Part shown: piece by piece, positions 39,792 through 48,516 of the stretch
Layout of the letters: every line of letters starts with the position of its first letter
How positions within the stretch are numbered: position 1 is the first letter of the stretch
NCBI GenBank assembly: GCA_965216875.1
Contig: OZ244207.1
Coordinates: forward strand, 5,408,001-5,472,000
Reading direction: 5' to 3'
Origin: Rubripirellula sp.
GTDB lineage: Bacteria > Planctomycetota > Planctomycetia > Pirellulales > Pirellulaceae
DNA length: 64,000 bases
Made by a program: the position numbers and the translations under genes
Notes under the pieces: generated by a model
Seen by the model: only the letters and a program-made list of their open reading frames with translations
What the model was told of the DNA's origin: nothing
Databases searched by the model: none

Positions 39792-41306
39792 CTAGTCGTT
39801 GCGGCGAACTTCGTTGCGGTTTTCCGACGTCAGGAGTGTGATCTTTTCTTCGGTAGAGCCGTCGGCTTTCTTGACGGTGAGAGTGACATGCCAATTCGGA
39901 TTGTGCCCCATCTTGGCGAGCGTCTCGACGAAGTCTTCGGCGAAGCGTTTTTTGGCTTTACTCCCGAATTCGTCGTTCGCAAATTGCATGACCTTTTCGA
40001 TCGGATGACCATCGACGGCAAGGAGTGGATACCAACTGCCTTCGATCTCAATCGTTGGTCGATCGTTCTCCCAGCGGACTCCGGTAAAGGGCGCAACTTT
40101 GGCATAGTTGCCATCGGCGACCAAACGTTTGGCTGCCTCTGGACTGTACAAATCTAGAAAGACCGGGCCAAGCGTCTTCTCGATGTGCTTAACGATCTTG
40201 TCCAAATCACCGTTACTCGAATTGTCGAGCACGACGAAACAACAATCGCTTTCGGGATAGCGAGCGATGAACGTTCTCGCTCCTAGCCAAGAACCATTGT
40301 GCCAATGCCGATCCTCTTCAACGATCCAACCGAATCCGTAGTTCGACACCGAACCGCCACTCAATTCGACGGGACTCAACGCCTCACCCAACAGGTCGCT
40401 CGAAACGATCGCGTTACCGTTCCAGAATCGATGCCAGATGACAAAGTCGTGCAGGCTGCAAAAAACGGCGCCGTCGCCAGCGACACCGTCAATCCACGTC
40501 GGCGACAACTCCGTGCGGCTGGCATTGAATTGTTTGAAGTCACTCGACTGGTTCGCTGACCGATCCTTTGACAACAGGTTCCAAACGCGTGTGTCTTTCA
40601 TCCCAAGCGGCACGAACAATTCTTGTTGCATGAATCGTTCAAAACTCGTCTCCGACGCCGACTCGATAATCCCGGCGAGCAACACGTAGTTTGTGTTGCT
40701 GTACTCCATTTTGCTTCCCGGCTCGAATTCTTGTTCGCCGTACTTGGCTAGCAGTTCGACCACCTCTTGAATCGACAACACGTCTCCAATGTCGTCGCGA
40801 TGTTTGCGACCAAGCCGCATGTAGGCGTCGCCAATTCCGGAAGTTTGGTTGAGCAGATGGCGGATGGTCACTTCGTCCGTAAAAAACCCTTCGAAGTGTT
40901 TTGAAAGTGGGTCGTCGAGAGAGAGCTTGCCCATCTCGGCCAGTCGCAGAACGCCGGCAGCGGTGAATTGTTTTGAAACCGATGCAAGGCGAAACGATGA
41001 ATGATCGTCCAACTTGGCCTTGGCCGTATGATCGGTGAAGCCGCAGGTCTTCGAAAGCAACACTTCGTCACCGCGCACGACGAGGACACCACCGTTGAAG
41101 CGGTGGTTGGAAAACTGCTGGTCCAGCCATTGGCTGACCGCAGCGATCCGCTCGGCTTCGGTCGCTTGCGAGGTCACCTTGACTGGCGTCACCGCTGGGC
41201 GAGAATCGACGAAGTGGCGACGTCCCAATTCGACCAGCAACAGCGATCCGACAAGCATCGTGAAGACCGATGCAAATACAACTAACCACAATGTCTTCTT
41301 GAGCAT
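39792..41306 (-). CDS. Serine hydrolase (class C beta-lactamase family) with C-terminal extra domain
   Basis: FRLASVSK (SxxK), YSNTNY and HNG motifs; N-terminal TM. Confidence 0.9.
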   Translation of the reverse strand: MLKKTLWLVVFASVFTMLVGSLLLVELGRRHFVDSRPAVTPVKVTSQATEAERIAAVSQWLDQQFSNHRFNGGVLVVRGDEVLLSKTCGFTDHTAKAKLDDHSSFRLASVSKQFTAAGVLRLAEMGKLSLDDPLSKHFEGFFTDEVTIRHLLNQTSGIGDAYMRLGRKHRDDIGDVLSIQEVVELLAKYGEQEFEPGSKMEYSNTNYVLLAGIIESASETSFERFMQQELFVPLGMKDTRVWNLLSKDRSANQSSDFKQFNASRTELSPTWIDGVAGDGAVFCSLHDFVIWHRFWNGNAIVSSDLLGEALSPVELSGGSVSNYGFGWIVEEDRHWHNGSWLGARTFIARYPESDCCFVVLDNSSNGDLDKIVKHIEKTLGPVFLDLYSPEAAKRLVADGNYAKVAPFTGVRWENDRPTIEIEGSWYPLLAVDGHPIEKVMQFANDEFGSKAKKRFAEDFVETLAKMGHNPNWHVTLTVKKADGSTEEKITLLTSENRNEVRRND

Positions 41307-41487
41307 CTTTTCATCCCAATCTTACAGAGTCCCCTGCCCTGCTCTCTCTAACGACATCCTCGTTGTCAGCATAGTCGATTCTTCTCGGTGGCATTTCTTG
41401 AAGAGAAGAATGGAACCACGAATGATGCGAATCACGCGAATGGGTCTGGTATGGTTGCGATAGAATGCGAATGAAAGTGCAAATCCG

Positions 41488-42102
41488 ATGAATGGCCTTC
41501 AGAACACCTATTACTTGTTGCGACATGGAACGAGTGTCGCGAATGAAGAAGGCTTGATTGTCAGCTCGCCGGAGGTTGGCACGCGACGATATGGACTCGC
41601 GGACATTGGGAGGCAGCAGGTCCGCCAATCTGTTGAGAACGCTGCCGATCGTCTCGGCGACGTGCACGCGGTCTACAGCTCCGATTTTCTGCGCACGAAG
41701 CAAACAGCGGAAATCGCCTGCGAAATCCTAGGCGTTCCGCTGACGACAACGCCAACACTGCGTGAGCGTTTCTTTGGCGAGTTGGACCTGCAGTCGAACG
41801 ACCACTACGCAAACGTCTGGCGCTACGATGCGGAGGACCCGTCACATGAACGATGGGGCGTCGAAAGTGTTGTCAGTGTCGCGGCGAGAATGGAGTCGGC
41901 GATCTCGGAGCTAGAAGACAAGTTCCGAGGAAAAACATTGCTCGTCGTTTCGCATGGCGATCCGCTGCAAATCCTTCTCACCCAACGGTCGGGACAATCG
42001 CTGACGAAGCACCGGGAGATCGAGCCGATTCAAACGGCGGAGATCCGAGAGTTGGGTGGTTTGGGAGGAAGGAACCACGAATCGAACGAATCACACGAAT
42101 AA
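41488..42102 (+). CDS. Histidine phosphatase family protein
   Basis: LRHG, SSDFLRT, LRER.FG and VSHGD motifs. Confidence 0.9.
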   Translation: MNGLQNTYYLLRHGTSVANEEGLIVSSPEVGTRRYGLADIGRQQVRQSVENAADRLGDVHAVYSSDFLRTKQTAEIACEILGVPLTTTPTLRERFFGELDLQSNDHYANVWRYDAEDPSHERWGVESVVSVAARMESAISELEDKFRGKTLLVVSHGDPLQILLTQRSGQSLTKHREIEPIQTAEIRELGGLGGRNHESNESHE

Positions 42103-42194
42103 AGTGCTGGTGCGTTTTGAGTGGCTTTGGCGTTCGCGGCTACGGATTGGCAAATGTGCTTCCACCAGCAGCAATCCATGCCCAAGTTCACACA

Positions 42195-42378
42195 AATGAG
42201 CCGCGATCGCGTAAGCGGCCGGACCTCACTGCCTACTCGCTAGCTGCGTCGGCAAGGGCCCGAGGCCTCACGGCCAGCGGCTCACGGGCACTGCGCAAAA
42301 AGTTGCTTTGGTGGCACCAAGGGAAGAGCCGCGGAGCGGCGAGAGCTGTGTTCCCACGGCGGACCGTGGGAACAAGGA
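42195..42378. repeat. REP-like cluster between convergent genes
   Basis: GAGCCGCGATCGCGTAAGCGGCCGG (reverse copy near 38428-38457), GGCCCGAGGCCTCACGGCCAGCGGCTCAC (reverse copy near 45790) and GTTCCCACGG..CCGTGGGAAC. Confidence 0.75.
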
Positions 42379-42392
42379 TCGAACTTGAGTCG

Positions 42393-43361
42393 TTATGCGG
42401 TGGCTTCTTCGAGGAAGACGCCCATGCGGCGGAACTTTTCGTAGCGTTCGTCGATCAATTCGTCGGTCGACTTCGTTTCGAGATCGGACAACGTTCGCGA
42501 TAGGTACGTCTTGAGTCGCGTTGCCATTTGATGGTGGTCACGATGCGCGCCACCGAGTGGTTCCTCGAGCACATCGTCGACGACGCCAAGGCGTTCGAGA
42601 TGGTTGCTGGTGAACTTGAGCGCGGCGGCAGCCTTGGGTGCATGCTCATGACTCTTCCAGAGAATCCCGGCGCAACCTTCAGGACTGATGACGCTGTAAT
42701 AGGCGTGCTGCAACATCGCCACGCGGTCACCGACTCCGATACCCAGAGCGCCCCCCGAACCACCTTCGCCAATGACCACGCAGATCACTGGCGTGCGTAG
42801 CCGGCTCATCTTGAACATGCTCTCGGCGATCACTTGTGCCTGCCCGCGTTCTTCGGCACCGACACCGGGGTAGGCCCCAGGCGTGTCGATAAAGCAGATC
42901 AGCGGAAGGTTGTACTTTTCCGCCAGCCGCATCTTGGTCATCGCCTTGCGATAGCCTTCGGGGTGAGCACACCCGAAGTGACACGCTGCGCGTTCCTTGT
43001 AGGTGCGTCCTTTTTGGTGGCCAATCACCAAGACTTTGAAACGGTCAAGCTTGGCGAAACCTGACAACATGGCGCGGTCGTCACCAAAGTGCTTGTCGCC
43101 GTGCAGTTCGACAAATTCGTCGAATGCCAAATTCAAGTAGTCACGTGTGTAGGGACGATTCTTGTGCCGCGCAACTTGCACGGTTTGCCACGCATCGAGA
43201 GAACCGTAGGTCTCGCGCAGTTGCTTGACGAGGTTCAAACGGAGCTGACGAATCTCGGCTTCGATTTCATCGCTGCGTTCAGTCTGTCGTTCAAGTGTGG
43301 AAATTCGACTTTCGAGTTCGGCGATCTCGCTTTCGAACTCAAGTCCTGGGCCAGCGTTCAC
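42393..43361 (-). CDS. accA: Acetyl-CoA carboxylase carboxyltransferase alpha subunit
   Basis: ELHGD, GHQKGR, PEGYRKA, IDTPGAYPG and GEGGSGGAL motifs. Confidence 0.98.
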   Translation of the reverse strand: MNAGPGLEFESEIAELESRISTLERQTERSDEIEAEIRQLRLNLVKQLRETYGSLDAWQTVQVARHKNRPYTRDYLNLAFDEFVELHGDKHFGDDRAMLSGFAKLDRFKVLVIGHQKGRTYKERAACHFGCAHPEGYRKAMTKMRLAEKYNLPLICFIDTPGAYPGVGAEERGQAQVIAESMFKMSRLRTPVICVVIGEGGSGGALGIGVGDRVAMLQHAYYSVISPEGCAGILWKSHEHAPKAAAALKFTSNHLERLGVVDDVLEEPLGGAHRDHHQMATRLKTYLSRTLSDLETKSTDELIDERYEKFRRMGVFLEEATA

Positions 43362-43386
43362 TTGTTAGGTACCTTTTGGTTTTGCT

Positions 43387-44337
43387 TTACGCGTCTTCTT
43401 CGTCGTCGGTCAGGTCGGAAGGTTGCCCCTTCCTCATCAAGTCTTCCGCACCCTTAATGCCAGGCATGTTTTCGAACACCGTGATCTTCGGTCGTCGTGG
43501 TCGTTTCTTGAAGATTTCCATACTGCGGAACTCCTTCAAGAACTCCCACATCGATGGTGGTCGATCTTCTGGCCTTTTCGACATCATCTTTTTGACAATA
43601 TCGGCGAACTCTTTAGTAACGTTGTCGTTGTGCACAATCGGACTTGGGATCGAGGCTGAAAGGTGCTTGTTCAACAAGTCATTAGGCGTGTCGCCGGTGT
43701 ACGGTGGGCGGCCGGTGCAAAGCTCGTACAGAACGCAACCGAAGGCGTAGACATCGGTCCGTTCGTCACAGACCTTTTTGCGAATCTGTTCGGGAGCCAT
43801 GTAGCTGCGTGTTCCCTTGGCAACCTTTGCGCTGTGGAACAATTTGCTGAGGCCAGTCTTTTTCTTTTCAGCGATCGTGAAGTCGATCAGCTTGACGGTT
43901 CCATCGCTGCCGACAAGGAAGTTATCAGGCTTGATATCGAGATGGATCCAATTCTTTGTGTGCAGGTAATACAAACCTTCGGCCGCCTGTTCGACAATCT
44001 TGTCAAGCATGAAGGCGAGCGACTCGGGACCGCGCCGCAAGGCTTGCTTCATGTTCAACTCGCTGAACAGTTCCAACACAAGGAATGGCACACCACCCTC
44101 TTCGCGATATTCGATCACTTTGATCACGCGAGGGCTGTTGAGAGTTTTAGCGACCGAGTATTCGTGCTTGAGAAGCGCGATTTCAGTTTTGTCACCCCGC
44201 ATATTCTGACGCAGAATCTTGAGCGCAAAACGATCCTGGGTGTGGTCTTCGATCGCTTCCCAGACTTCAGCGGTACTACCAAGCCGGATGAGGCGGGCCA
44301 AGCGATACGGCCCGAGAAAGTCACGAGATTTGGACAT
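43387..44337 (-). CDS. Cytoplasmic Ser/Thr protein kinase
   Basis: FALK, HLDIKPDN, DFTIA and GTRSYMAPEQ motifs; start ATG 44337 inferred. Confidence 0.92.
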   Translation of the reverse strand: MSKSRDFLGPYRLARLIRLGSTAEVWEAIEDHTQDRFALKILRQNMRGDKTEIALLKHEYSVAKTLNSPRVIKVIEYREEGGVPFLVLELFSELNMKQALRRGPESLAFMLDKIVEQAAEGLYYLHTKNWIHLDIKPDNFLVGSDGTVKLIDFTIAEKKKTGLSKLFHSAKVAKGTRSYMAPEQIRKKVCDERTDVYAFGCVLYELCTGRPPYTGDTPNDLLNKHLSASIPSPIVHNDNVTKEFADIVKKMMSKRPEDRPPSMWEFLKEFRSMEIFKKRPRRPKITVFENMPGIKGAEDLMRKGQPSDLTDDEEDA

Positions 44338-44494
44338 AGAAGAGAAGTCGTTGGGTGCGATCCGATGTTCTGGTTGGGGTCCTTTATGATAATTCAAGAA
44401 GCCTTGAGGCCGGAAGGTCACACGACACGCCCAAAAATACGGAAGTTCCGCCGCCATCCCGTTTTCCGAGCGACGCGGAGGGCCCCGTTGCGGG

Positions 44495-45655
44495 CTATTC
44501 TTCCCCCAAAACCTCGCCATAAAGTTCTCGAATCAGCCGTGTCATCGTCTGATGCCGAAACTGGTCGGTGAACCGCTTCTGCCCTGCCCTGCCTCGATCG
44601 AGACGGAGCTGGGGGTCGGCGACCAGCGAGGCGATCGCGTCGGCAAGTTTTGACGTATCACCAGGCGGAACCAGAAAGCCAGTTTCGCCCGTAATCGCCA
44701 CCTCACGAGCTCCGTCCACGTCGTAGCTGACCACCGGCCGGCCCGCAATCAAGGCCTGTGGCAGGGCTCTGGCCAAGCCCTCGCGATAGGAGGTGTGAAC
44801 CAGTGCGTCCATTGCGCCGATCATCGCTGGGACTTCGCTTGGCGGCACGAGGCCACTGAAGATGAAATGCTCGGAAAGACCGAGCGATTCAATGCGTGCG
44901 GTCAATTCCTCTCGCAAGATTCCGTCGCCAACGAGCAAGAATCGAACGTTGGGATGTCGGCGTGCCACTTCAACCGCGGCGGTGATCAGATCATCGTGGC
45001 CTTTGAGGTGAAACAGGCGTGCAATCTTTCCAACCACAACGTGCTCGTCGCTAAGCCCGAATTGAGCACGTACGCGCTCGCGATGTTCATCGGCGGCCGC
45101 AAAGGGCTCGACCTTCATCCCACTGTAGATCGTTTTGAACTTGTCGCGTGGTGCAACGCCGGCATCGACCATGAGATCGGTCATCGCATCGGCCACACAG
45201 ATCATCCGGTGACAACGACGCGCGGCCCAGCGTTCACAGCGTCGAAAGAATTCGCGAGCGAGTCTGTTTTGGTAGGGATGAAAAGGGGCACCGTGCACCG
45301 AGTGGATCACGGCAGGGACTTTTTGCGACCAACCGACAGCGCGACCAAGCAAACCGCCCTTGGCACTGTGGGTGTGAACGACGTCGGGCTTGAAATCAGC
45401 AATCGCCGCGTGCAATTGACGCCACGCAGCATAGTCTCGGGTGGGATGAATGGCGCGGCGCAGATCGGGCAAGACCTTGACCGGCAACTCCCCTGCCCTG
45501 CCCTGGCTCAATAGATCGCCCTCGGGCCCCAATGCCGGCCCCGTGATCAACAACACATCGTCGTCATAGTCTCGAATCAGATCGAGGCAATTCAGCAGGG
45601 TGTTTTCTTGGGCACCGCCGATGATCATTCGGGTGATGACGTGAGCGACGCGCAA
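44495..45655 (-). CDS. Glycosyltransferase family 4
   Basis: IGGAQENT, HTHSAKGG, KGHDDL and EGLARALPQAL motifs. Confidence 0.92.
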   Translation of the reverse strand: MRVAHVITRMIIGGAQENTLLNCLDLIRDYDDDVLLITGPALGPEGDLLSQGRAGELPVKVLPDLRRAIHPTRDYAAWRQLHAAIADFKPDVVHTHSAKGGLLGRAVGWSQKVPAVIHSVHGAPFHPYQNRLAREFFRRCERWAARRCHRMICVADAMTDLMVDAGVAPRDKFKTIYSGMKVEPFAAADEHRERVRAQFGLSDEHVVVGKIARLFHLKGHDDLITAAVEVARRHPNVRFLLVGDGILREELTARIESLGLSEHFIFSGLVPPSEVPAMIGAMDALVHTSYREGLARALPQALIAGRPVVSYDVDGAREVAITGETGFLVPPGDTSKLADAIASLVADPQLRLDRGRAGQKRFTDQFRHQTMTRLIRELYGEVLGEE

Positions 45656-45915
45656 GGAAGGTTCCTGGTGTGAGGTTTCTGGGAGGCGAATGGTTCGAAG
45701 GGGTTGCTACGCAGCACATGGCAACTGTGTTCGTTTTGACATGCAGTGAGCCGCCTGAGCAACGCTTTGTGCAACTCGGGCAGTGCCACTGAGCCGCTGG
45801 CCGTGAGGTCTCGGGCCCTTGCCCCGGAAAGGGTTTGTTTTGAGGAAGCATTCCCTCCCCGGACTTCGCATCCGACCGTCCCGCAATCGGGAAGGTGCTT
45901 GTTGTTAAACGAGCA

Positions 45916-45947
45916 AGCGGCATCCCCCACTGAAAGGGAATGCCGCT
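45916..45947 (-). terminator. Hairpin downstream of fliA, possible terminator
   Basis: AGCGGCAT-CCC...GGG-A-ATGCCGCT stem; no strong U tract. Confidence 0.3.
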
Positions 45948-45980
45948 GGCGAAGTTTTTCTACGATGGGTTGTCGGCCAA

Positions 45981-46778
45981 TCAGGTGCCGAACTCGATCC
46001 GTCGGCGGCCGAGTTGCTGCTGCAATCGGTTAACGATCGAGGTGTGCATTTGGCTGACGCGAGATTCGGAAAGGTCGAGCGTTGCGCCGATTTCCTTCAT
46101 CGTCAGTTCTTCGTAGTAGTACAAGATGATGATCAGACGCTCGTTACGATTGAGGCCTTTGGTGACCAATCGCATCAGGTCATTCTTTTGAACACGACGT
46201 GTCGGGTCTTCGCCCTTTTTGTCTTCAAGGATGTCGATTTCACGAACATCTTTGTAGCTGTCGGTTTCGTACCACTTTTTGTTCAGCGAAACGACGCCAA
46301 CGGCATTGGCATCACTTTGCATTTTCTCGACTTCCTTGACGGGAAGTTCCATGTGATCGGCAAGCTCTTGGACGCTGGGAGCACGCCCGTGTTTGGTTTC
46401 GAGAGCTTTACGGGCCACAGCAAGCTTGCTGGCTTTGCTTCGCACCAAGCGTGGAACCCAGTCCATCGTACGAAGTTCGTCGAGCATCGCCCCACGAATA
46501 CGAGGCACGCAATAGGTTTCGAACTTAACACCACGATCCATGTCGAACGCATCGATCGCATCCATCAGTCCAAAGATGCCAGCGCTGATCAGGTCGTCAA
46601 GTTCGACGCCGTCGGGCAGACGCTGCCAAATGCGTTCGCCGTTATAGCGAACCAGCGGCATGTACCGCTCGACCAATCGGTTACGCAAGTCTTCGTAATC
46701 GGGCGCGTCTTTGTTGATCGTCTTGAACGTTGCCCAGACTTGCAGGATTTCGTCGTCGGCTGTGGCTGTCGCTGCCAT
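45981..46778 (-). CDS. fliA: FliA/WhiG family sigma factor (sigma-28)
   Basis: RIRGAMLDELR.MDWVPR and LTMKEIG.TLDLSESRVSQ motifs; GGAGG before ATG 46778. Confidence 0.95.
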   Translation of the reverse strand: MAATATADDEILQVWATFKTINKDAPDYEDLRNRLVERYMPLVRYNGERIWQRLPDGVELDDLISAGIFGLMDAIDAFDMDRGVKFETYCVPRIRGAMLDELRTMDWVPRLVRSKASKLAVARKALETKHGRAPSVQELADHMELPVKEVEKMQSDANAVGVVSLNKKWYETDSYKDVREIDILEDKKGEDPTRRVQKNDLMRLVTKGLNRNERLIIILYYYEELTMKEIGATLDLSESRVSQMHTSIVNRLQQQLGRRRIEFGT

Positions 46779-46896
46779 CCAATCCTCCATGATGGTTACA
46801 AACCCATGCCACATCCTGTAGCACGGTTTTCGACTCGTGTTGAATTCATCCTGAATTCGCAGCGAGCCGGATTACTTCGATGTCAATAATGTTCGT

Positions 46897-47172
46897 TTAG
46901 TCTTCTGTCGAAGGCTTTTGTTCTTCGACGTATCCGCTATCGAGCAGGCCCTTTCGGTACCAATCTACGCGGCGTCGAAACAAGTCCTCTAATGAATCAC
47001 GGACCAAATAATCTGCAATCCAACCTGCTACTGCACCGATCCCCGCGAAGATTACCATCGCGACGATCGCATCCATTGCTACCTCGCCAGCAATTCCACC
47101 GTCGATGGCGCCACGCAGGACAACCAGTCCCATGGCGAGCGCTCCAAGCGATGCGGCAAAGCTGCGTGACAA
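46897..47172 (-). CDS. Small two-TM hypothetical protein
   Basis: 91-aa ORF with two hydrophobic helices, between flhF and fliA. Confidence 0.7.
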   Translation of the reverse strand: MSRSFAASLGALAMGLVVLRGAIDGGIAGEVAMDAIVAMVIFAGIGAVAGWIADYLVRDSLEDLFRRRVDWYRKGLLDSGYVEEQKPSTED

Positions 47173-47333
47173 CGGTTCGAATGTCCAGTGAAGGCCAAGA
47201 GTTCTTTGTTTCCTAAACTTGACAGACCGCTATCACAAATTTTCGCTCAAGTCGATTTTTGTAATCGCGTTCTGTCTCAGTATCTGTATCGGACGCCATG
47301 CCCTTTGGCATGAGTCAAAATTTTTGTTGTTTC

Positions 47334-48461
47334 TTAAGCCGCTTCGATTTGTGGCATCACTGCGCGGGCTGGCAAGAGCCGGGAAAGCAACCAATCGCTA
47401 TCTGCAATCGCAATGTCGTCGGGCACTTGTTGCCCATTGGTCATGTAGCTCAGCGGAATCCCAGGTGAATCGTCCGACGCGACCAGAGACGACAAGACGC
47501 CTGCGGTGATCGGAGCTTCGTCCAGTTTCGTCAGGATCGCGGCGGTCGGCCGTACCGGTGCAAATCCCTTGATGACCGATTGGACGGTCGACGCCGAACT
47601 GGTGGCACTCAGTACCAAGTGTGTTTCATCAGGCTGGGCCGTTCGCAACAACTCGACAAGCTGGTCGATTCTCGCGTCACTACGAGGGCTACGCCCGGCC
47701 GTATCGATCAAGACGAGGTCAACGTCGCCCAGTCGTTCCAAGGCAGCGTGCATTTGATCGGGACGCTCGACGACCTCCATCGGCAGGTCCATGATCTCGG
47801 CATAGGCTTTGAGCTGCTGAACGGCCGCGATCCGGAAGGTATCGATCGTGACCAATCCGACACGACGTCGTGCTTCGATTCGGAAACCGGCGGCGAGTTT
47901 TGCGACCGTGGTTGTTTTGCCGACGCCGGTTGGCCCCACCAGTGCCACAACGTGACGGTCACCGGGCTGAGTGCGAATCGCACCGCCAATTCGCATTTCG
48001 CGGGCGACCGATCGTTTGAGGTGTTCGGACCAATCATTGCCGATCGGGTCGCCAAGGCTGACCGCAAAACTTGCGGTCGCTTCGAGCCATCTCGACACCG
48101 TTGGTGTCGGCACGCCGGCTTCGATGAGCGCGTCGCGGTACCACAGTAGTTGCGGTGGCAATCCGTGTTGCGGAGTATTGGCTTCTTGCGAAAACACTTG
48201 CCCTGTGGGGCCGGTTTGACCGGCAACCACTCTTGAATCGGTGTCGCGCGGTGTTGGCCCCGATTCCAATCGAACCGACGGCGGATCATCCGCAAAATCG
48301 CGGAGCCCCGCGGTGACCTCGACGTAGGTGCGACCCAACCATCCCATCCATCCATCACGAACTTGACGGGTGTGCAAGACCGAAGCCTCGGGACCCATCT
48401 GATTGCGGATCTCTTCCAAGGCGTCTTGCAGGCTGGCGGCTCGAAAGGTGCGAATATGCAT
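47334..48461 (-). CDS. flhF: Flagellar biosynthesis GTPase FlhF
   Basis: GPTGVGKTTTVAKLA, DTFRIAA, DTAGRS, TKLDE and GQQVPDD motifs. Confidence 0.95.
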   Translation of the reverse strand: MHIRTFRAASLQDALEEIRNQMGPEASVLHTRQVRDGWMGWLGRTYVEVTAGLRDFADDPPSVRLESGPTPRDTDSRVVAGQTGPTGQVFSQEANTPQHGLPPQLLWYRDALIEAGVPTPTVSRWLEATASFAVSLGDPIGNDWSEHLKRSVAREMRIGGAIRTQPGDRHVVALVGPTGVGKTTTVAKLAAGFRIEARRRVGLVTIDTFRIAAVQQLKAYAEIMDLPMEVVERPDQMHAALERLGDVDLVLIDTAGRSPRSDARIDQLVELLRTAQPDETHLVLSATSSASTVQSVIKGFAPVRPTAAILTKLDEAPITAGVLSSLVASDDSPGIPLSYMTNGQQVPDDIAIADSDWLLSRLLPARAVMPQIEAA

Positions 48462-48516
48462 GAATGAAACGTTGGTTGAACAGGTTAGCTTGCCGTCTGG
48501 CAACATGGACCATCAC

